Source: Eledone cirrhosa
Taxonomy: Eukaryota
Assembly: GCA_964016885.1 (NCBI GenBank)
Contig: OZ024741.1
Location: 247,628,001 to 247,692,000 of the forward strand
Direction: 5' to 3'
Length of the DNA: 64,000 bases
The translations under genes and the position numbers were made by a program. A model generated the notes under the pieces. That model worked only from the letters and a program-made list of their open reading frames with translations. It did not search any database and had not been told where the DNA came from. This document shows, in pieces, positions 56,501 to 64,000 of the stretch (the stretch's first letter is position 1; the number at the start of each line of letters is the position of its first letter).

Positions 56501-59500
56501 ATTATCTCCCCTTGGAAGGATGGAAATTATCTCCCCTTGGACGGCTGGAAATTATCTACCCCTGATTTTTTTTACAAATTATCTCCCCCTGATTTTTTTT
56601 ACAAATTATCTCCCCCTGATTTTTTTTACAAATTATCTACCCCTGATTTTTTTTACAAATTATCTCCCCCTGATTTTTTTTACAAATTATCTCCCCCTGA
56701 TTTTTTTTTTACAAATTATCTCACCCTGATTTTTTTACAAATTATCTCCCCCTGATTTTTTTTACAAATTATCTCCGCCTGATTTTTTTAAATATTATCT
56801 TCCCTTGGCTGGCGGGAAATTATCTCCCCTTGAAGGGCTGAAAATTATCTCCCCTTGGACGGCTGGAAATTATCTCCCCTTGATTTTTTTTACAAATTAT
56901 CTCCCCCTGATTTTTTTTTACAAATTATCTCCCCCTGATTTTTTTTACAAATTATCTCCCCCTGATTTTTTTTTACAAATTATCTGCCGCTGATTTTTTT
57001 TACAAATTATCTCCCCCTGATTTTTTTACAAATTATCTCCCCTTGGCTGGCTGGAAATTACCTCCCCTTGGAGGCTGGAATTTATCTCCCCTTGGACGGC
57101 TAGAAATTACCTCTCCTTGGACGGCTGGAAAATATGTCTCCTTGGACGGCTGGATATTATCTCCCCTTGGACGGCTGGAAATTATCTCCCCTTGGACGGC
57201 TGGAAATTATCTCCCCTTGGACGGATAGATATTACCTCCCCTTGGACGGCTGGAAATTATCTCCCCTTGGACGGCTGGAAATTATCTCCCCATGGACGGC
57301 TGGAAATTATCTCCCCTTGGACGGCTAGAAATTATCTCTCCTTGGACGGCTGAAAATTATCTCCCCTTGGACGGCTGGAAATTATCTCCCGTTGGACGGC
57401 TGGAAATTATCTCGCCTTGGACGGCTAGAATTTACCTCTCCTTGGACGGCTGAAAATTATCTCCCCTTGGACGGCTGGAAATTATCTCCCCTTGATTTTT
57501 TTTACAAATTATCTCCCCCTGATTTTTTTTTACAAATTATCTCCCCCTGATTTTTTTTTACAAATTATCTCCCCCTGATTTTTTTTTACAAATTATCTCC
57601 CCCTGATTTTTTTTACAAATTATCTCCCCCCTGATTTTTTAACAAATTATCTCCCCTTGGCTGGCTGGAAATTATCTCCCCTTGGAGGCTGGAACTTATC
57701 TCCCCTTGGACGGCTAGAAATTACCTCTCCTTGGACGGCTGGAAAATATGTCTCCTTGGACGGCTGGATATTATCTCCCTTTGGACGGCTGGAAATTATC
57801 TCCCCTTGGACGGCTGGAAATTATCTCCCCTTGGATGGCTAGATATTACCTCCCCTTGGACGGCTGGAAATTATCTCCCTTTGATTTTTTTTACAAATTA
57901 TCTCCCCCTGATTTTTTTTTACAAATTATCTCCCCCTGATTTTTTTTTACAAATTATCTACCCCTGATTTTTTTTTACAAATTATCTCCCCCTGATTTTT
58001 TTTACAAATTATCTCCCCCTGATTTTTTTTTACAAATTATCTCCCCCTGATTTTTTTACAAATTATCTCCCCCTGATTTTTTTTACAAATTATCTCCGCC
58101 TGATTTTTTTAAATATTATCTCTCCTTGGCTGGCGGGAAATTATCTCCCCTTGGACGGCTGGAAATTATCTCCCCTTGGAAGGATGGAAATTATCTCCCC
58201 TTGGACGGCTGGAAATTATCTACCCCTGATTTTTTTTACAAATTATCTCCCCCTGATTTTTTTTACAAATTATCTCCCCCTGATTTTTTTTACAAATTAT
58301 CTACCCCTGATTTTTTTTACAAATTATCTCCCCCTGATTTTTTTTACAAATTATCTCCCCCTGATTTTTTTTTTACAAATTATCTCACCCTGATTTTTTT
58401 ACAAATTATCTCCCCCTGATTTTTTTTACAAATTATCTCCGCCTGATTTTTTTAAATATTATCTTCCCTTGGCTGGCGAGAAATTATCTCCCCTTGAAGG
58501 GCTGAAAATTATCTCCCCTTGGACGGCTGGAAATTATCTCCCCTTGATTTTTTTTACAAATTATCTCCCCCTGATTTTTTTTTACAAATTATCTCCCCCT
58601 GATTTTTTTTACAAATTATCTCCCCCTGATTTTTTTTTACAAATTATCTGCCGCTGATTTTTTTTACAAATTATCTCCCCCTGATTTTTTTACAAATTAT
58701 CTCCCCTTGGCTGGCTGGAAATTACCTCCCCTTGGAGGCTGGAATTTATCTCCCCTTGGACGGCTAGAAATTACCTCTCCTTGGACGGCTGGAAAATATG
58801 TCTCCTTGGACGGCTGGATATTATCTCCCCTTGGACGGCTGGAAATTATCTCCCCTTGGACGGCTGGAAATTATCTCCCCTTGGACGGATAGATATTACC
58901 TCCCCTTGGACGGCTGGAAATTATCTCCCCTTGGACGGCTGGAAATTATCTCCCCATGGACGGCTGGAAATTATCTCCCCTTGGACGGCTAGAAATTATC
59001 TCTCCTTGGACGGCTGAAAATTATCTCCCCTTGGACGGCTGGAAATTATCTCCCGTTGGACGGCTGGAAATTATCTCGCCTTGGACGGCTAGAATTTACC
59101 TCTCCTTGGACGGCTGAAAATTATCTCCCCTTGGACGGCTGGAAATTATCTCCCCTTGATTTTTTTTACAAATTATCTCCCCCTGATTTTTTTTTACAAA
59201 TTATCTCCCCCTGATTTTTTTTTACAAATTATCTCCCCCTGATTTTTTTTTACAAATTATCTCCCCCTGATTTTTTTTACAAATTATCTCCCCCCTGATT
59301 TTTTAACAAATTATCTCCCCTTGGCTGGCTGGAAATTATCTCCCCTTGGAGGCTGGAACTTATCTCCCCTTGGACGGCTAGAAATTACCTCTCCTTGGAC
59401 GGCTGGAAAATATGTCTCCTTGGACGGCTGGATATTATCTCCCTTTGGACGGCTGGAAATTATCTCCCCTTGGACGGCTGGAAATTATCTCCCCTTGGAT

Positions 59501-62500
59501 GGCTAGATATTACCTCCCCTTGGACGGCTGGAAATTATCTCCCTTTGATTTTTTTTACAAATTATCTCCCCCTGATTTTTTTTTACAAATTATCTCCCCC
59601 TGATTTTTTTTTACAAATTATCTACCCCTGATTTTTTTTTACAAATTATCTCCCCCTGATTTTTTTTACAAATTATCTCCCCCTGATTTTTTTTTACAAA
59701 TTATCTCCCCCTGATTTTTTTACAAATTATCTCCCCCTGATTTTTTTTACAAATTATCTCCGCCTGATTTTTTTAAATATTATCTCTCCTTGGCTGGCGG
59801 GAAATTATCTCCCCTTGGACGGCTGGAAATTATCTCCCCTTGGAAGGATGGAAATTATTTCCCCTTGGACGGCTGGAAATTATCTACCCCTGATTTTTTT
59901 TACAAATTATCTCCCCCTGATTTTTTTTACAAATTATCTCCCCCTGATTTTTTTTACAAATTATCTACCCCTGATTTTTTTTACAAATTATCTCCCCCTG
60001 ATTTTTTTTACAAATTATCTCCCCCTGATTTTTTTTTTACAAATTATCTCACCCTGATTTTTTTACAAATTATCTCCCCCTGATTTTTTTTACAAATTAT
60101 CTCCGCCTGATTTTTTTAAATATTATCTTCCCTTGGCTGGCGAGAAATTATCTCCCCTTGAAGGGCTGAAAATTATCTCCCCTTGGACGGCTGGAAATTA
60201 TCTCCCCTTGATTTTTTTTACAAATTATCTCCCCCTGATTTTTTTTTACAAATTATCTCCCCCTGATTTTTTTTACAAATTATCTCCCCCTGATTTTTTT
60301 TTACAAATTATCTGCCGCTGATTTTTTTTACAAATTATCTCCCCCTGATTTTTTTACAAATTATCTCCCCTTGGCTGGCTGGAAATTACCTCCCCTTGGA
60401 GGCTGGAATTTATCTCCCCTTGGACGGCTAGAAATTACCTCTCCTTGGACGGCTGGAAAATATGTCTCCTTGGACGGCTGGATATTATCTCCCCTTGGAC
60501 GGCTGGAAATTATCTCCCCTTGGACGGCTGGAAATTATCTCCCCTTGGACGGATAGATATTACCTCCCCTTGGACGGCTGGAAATTATCTCCCCTTGGAC
60601 GGCTGGAAATTATCTCCCCATGGACGGCTGGAAATTATCTCCCCTTGGACGGCTAGAAATTATCTCTCCTTGGACGGCTGAAAATTATCTCCCCTTGGAC
60701 GGCTGGAAATTATCTCCCGTTGGACGGCTGGAAATTATCTCGCCTTGGACGGCTAGAATTTACCTCTCCTTGGACGGCTGAAAATTATCTCCCCTTGGAC
60801 GGCTGGAAATTATCTCCCCTTGATTTTTTTTACAAATTATCTCCCCCTGATTCTTTTTTACAAATTATCTCCCCCTGATTTTTTTTTACAAATTATCTCC
60901 CCCTGATTTTTTTTTACAAATTATCTCCCCCGGATTTTTTTTTACGAATTATCTCCCCCTGATTTTTTTTTACAAATTATCTCCCCCTGATTTTTTTTTA
61001 CAAATTATCTCCCCCTGATTTTTTTACAAATTATCTCCCCTTGGCTGGCTGGAAATTATCTCCCCTAGGAGGCTGGAACTTATCTCCCCTTGGACGGCTA
61101 GAAATTACCTCTCTTTGGACGGCTGGAAAATATGTCTCCTTGGACGGCTGGATATTATCTCCCCTTGGACGGCTGGAAATTATCTCCCCTTGGACGGCTG
61201 GAAATTATCTCCCCTTGGATGGCTAGATATTACCTCCCTTTGGACGGCTGGAAATTATCTCCCCTTGATTTTTTTTACAAATTATCTCCCCCTGATTTTT
61301 TTTTACAAATTATCTCCCCCGATTTTTTTTTACAAATTATCTCCCCCTGATTTTTTTTTACAAATTATCTCCCCCTGATTTTTGTTTACAAATTATCTCC
61401 CCTTGGACGGCTGGAAATTATCTCCCCTTGGACGGCTAGAAATTACCTCTCCTTGGACGGCTGAAAATTATCCTCCCTTGGACGGCTGGAAATTATCTCC
61501 CCTTGATTTTTTTACAAATTATCTCCCCCTGATTTTTTTTTTACAAATTATCTCACCCTGATTTTTTTTACAAATTATCTACCCCTGATTTTTTTTTACA
61601 AATTATCTCCCCCTGATTTTTTTTACAAATTATCTCCCACTGATTTTTTTTTTACAAATTATCTCCCCCTGATTTTTTTACAAATTATCTCCCCCTGATT
61701 TTTTTTACAAATTATATCCGCCTGATTTTTTTAAATATTATCTCTCCTTGGCTGGCGGGAAATTATCTCCCCTTGGACGGCTGGAAATTATCTCCCCTTG
61801 GAAGGATGGAAATTATCTCCCCTTGGACGGCTGGAAATTATCTACCCCTGATTTTTTTTACAAATTATCTCCCCCTGATTTTTTTTACAAATTATCTCCC
61901 CCTGATTTTTTTTTTACAAATTATCTCCCCCTGATTTTTTTACAAATTATCTCCCCCTGATTTTTTTTACAAATTATCTCCGCCTGATTTTTTAAAATAT
62001 TATCTTACCTTGGCTGGCGGGAAATTATATCCCCTTGGACGGCTGAAAATTATCTCCCCTTGGACGGCTGGAAATTATCTCCCCTTGATTTTTTTTACAA
62101 ATTATCTCCCCCTGATTTTTTTTTACAAATTATCTCCCCCTGATTTTTTTTACAAATTATCTCCCCCCTGATTTTTTTACAAATTATCTCCCCTTGGCTG
62201 GCTGGAAATTATCTCCCCTTGGAGGCTGGAACTTATCTCCCCTTGGACGGCTAGAAATTACCTCTCCTTGGACGGCTGGAAAATATGTCTCCTTGGACGG
62301 CTGGATATTATCTCCCCTTGGACGGCTGGAAATTATCTCCCCTTGGACGGCTGGAAATTATCTCCCCTTGGATGGCTAGATATTACCTCCCCTTGGACGG
62401 CTGGAAATTATCTCCCTTTGATTTTTTTTACAAATTATCTCCCCCTGATTTTTTTTTACAAATTATCTCCCCCTGATTTTTTTTTACAAATTATCTCCCC

Positions 62501-64000
62501 CTGATTTTTGTTTACAAATTATCTCCGCCTGATTTTTTTTAAAAAATTATCTCCCCTTGGACGGCTGGAAATTATCTCCCCTTGGACGGCTAGAAATTAC
62601 CTCTCCTTGGACGGCTGAAAATTATCTCCCCTTGGACGGCTGGAAATTATCTCCCCTTGATTTTTTTACAAATTATCTCCCCCTGATTTTTTTTTTACAA
62701 ATTATCTCCCCCTGATTTTTTTTTACAAATTATCTACCCCTGATTTTTTTTTACAAATTATCTCCCCCTGATTTTTTTTACAAATTATCTCCCCCTGATT
62801 TTTTTTTACAAATTATCTCCCCCTGATTTTTTTACAAATTATCTCCCCCTGATTTTTTTTACAAATTGTCTCCGCCTGATTTTTTTAAATATTATCTCTC
62901 CTTGGCTGGCGGGAAATTATCTCCCCTTGGACGGCTGGAAATTATCTCCCCTTGGAAGGATGGAAATTATCTCCCCTTGGACGGCTAGAAATTATCTCTC
63001 TTTGGACGGCTGGAAATTATCACCCCTTGAGTTTTTTACAAATTATCTCCCCCTGATTTTTTTTACAAATCTCCCAGTGATTTTTAAAAAAAAATTATCT
63101 CCCCTTCGCTGGCTGGAAATTATCTCCCCTTGGACGCTGGAAATTATAGCACCTTGGAGGGCTGGAAATTATCTTCCCTTGGACGGCTGGAAATTATCTC
63201 CCCTTGATTTTTTTTACAAATTATCTCCCCCTGATTTTTTTTTACAAATTATCTCCCCCTGATTTTTTTTTACAACTTATCTGCGCCTGATTTTTTTAAA
63301 AAAATTATCTCCCCTTGGACGGCTGGAAATTATCTCCCCTTGGACGGCTGGAAATTATCTCTCCTTGGACGGCTAGAATTTACCTCTCCTTGGACGGCTG
63401 AAAATTATCTCCCCTTGGACGGCTGGAAATTATCTCCCCTTGATTTTTTTTACAAATTATCTCCCCCTGATTTTTTTTTACAAATTATCTCCCCCTGATT
63501 TTTTTTACAAATTATCTCCCCCTGATTTTTTTTTACAAATTATCTCCCCCTGATTTTTTTTACAAATTATCTCCCCCTGATTTTCTTACAAATTATCTCC
63601 CCTTGGCTGGCTGGAAATTATCTCCCCTTGGACGGCTGGAAATTATCTCCCATTGGATGGCTAGATATTACCTCCCCTTGGACGGCTGGAAATTATCTCC
63701 CCTTGATTTTTTTTACAAATTATCTCCCCCTGATTTTTTTTACAAATTATCTCCCCCTGATTTTTTTTTACAAATTATCTCCCCCTGATTTTTGTTTACA
63801 AATTATCTCCGCCTGATTTTTTTTTAAAAATTATCTCCCCTTGGACGGCTGGAAATTATCTCCCCCTGGACGGCTAGAAATTACCTCTCCTTGGACGGCT
63901 GAAAATTATCTCCCCTTGGACGGCTGGAAATTATCTCCCCCTGATTTTTTTACAAATTATCTCCCCCTAATTTTTTTTACAAATTATCTCCGCCTGATTT
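47514..64000 (+). repeat. Higher-order repeat copy 3 (partial; carries 2 x 1,664 bp extra)
   Basis: Marker ORFs 36732->61041 (+24309 = 20981 + 2x1664) and 39293->63603 (+24310). Confidence 0.9.
56250..60850 (+). repeat. Local 1,664-bp tandem repeat (~2.8 copies)
   Basis: ORFs 56462/58126/59790, 57043/58707/60371 and 57657/59321 are spaced exactly 1664 apart. Confidence 0.9.

Larger units (their letters stand above)
8121..57390 (+). repeat. Recent ~22.75-kb tandem duplication (8121-34636, which includes the extra 3.7 kb, and 34599-57390)
   Basis: Offsets 31512->54265 and 33105->55858 are +22753. Shared diagnostic variants switch allegiance at a 38-bp homology window, 34599-34636. Confidence 0.8.
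1..64000 (+). repeat. Composite satellite array of two monomers sharing a 16-bp core: A = AAATTATCTCCCCTTGGACGGCTGG (25 bp), B = AAATTATCTCCCCCTGA(T)7-10AC (26-29 bp)
   Basis: Every stretch read consists of these two monomers or close variants, in one orientation. No unique sequence was seen. The array runs off both ends of the window. Confidence 0.99.

Noticed and set aside
495-63816. About 200 short plus-strand ORFs with repetitive peptides (LSPLGRLEIISPW, FFYKLSPPD, NYLPLIFF)
   Set aside because: They overlap in all three frames and mostly start at the TTG of the repeat core. They are broken by 1-bp T-tract changes, and the 25-bp monomer is not a multiple of 3. They are translation artefacts, used here only as positional markers.
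1-64000. CRISPR-like repeat-spacer array
   Set aside because: The linkers are only 9-13 bp and of two recurring types rather than unique spacers. There is no leader and no cas gene.
1-64000. Telomeric repeat or transposable element insertion
   Set aside because: It matches no telomere motif I recognise and is too heterogeneous for a single telomerase template. No termini, target-site duplications or non-satellite sequence were seen.

Overview
The whole 64-kb window is one non-coding, head-to-tail satellite DNA array with no inversions, probably from a eukaryote. No credible genes, RNA genes, CRISPR arrays or transposon insertions are visible. The array is built from a constant 16-bp core, AAATTATCTCCCC(C/T)TG, followed by one of two linkers: GACGGCTGG (25-bp monomer A) or A(T)7-10AC (26-29-bp monomer B). 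A and B occur in alternating runs with stereotyped junction monomers, roughly 2,400 monomers in total (estimated from length). Offsets between identical ORFs and rare variants show a ~20.98-kb higher-order repeat (HOR) present about three times. The variant pattern is best explained by a recent out-of-register 22.75-kb tandem duplication (junction 34599-34636), a nested 3.7-kb duplication (junction 26797-26835) and a chimeric 1,664-bp unit inserted twice. All listed ORFs are translation artefacts of the repeat.
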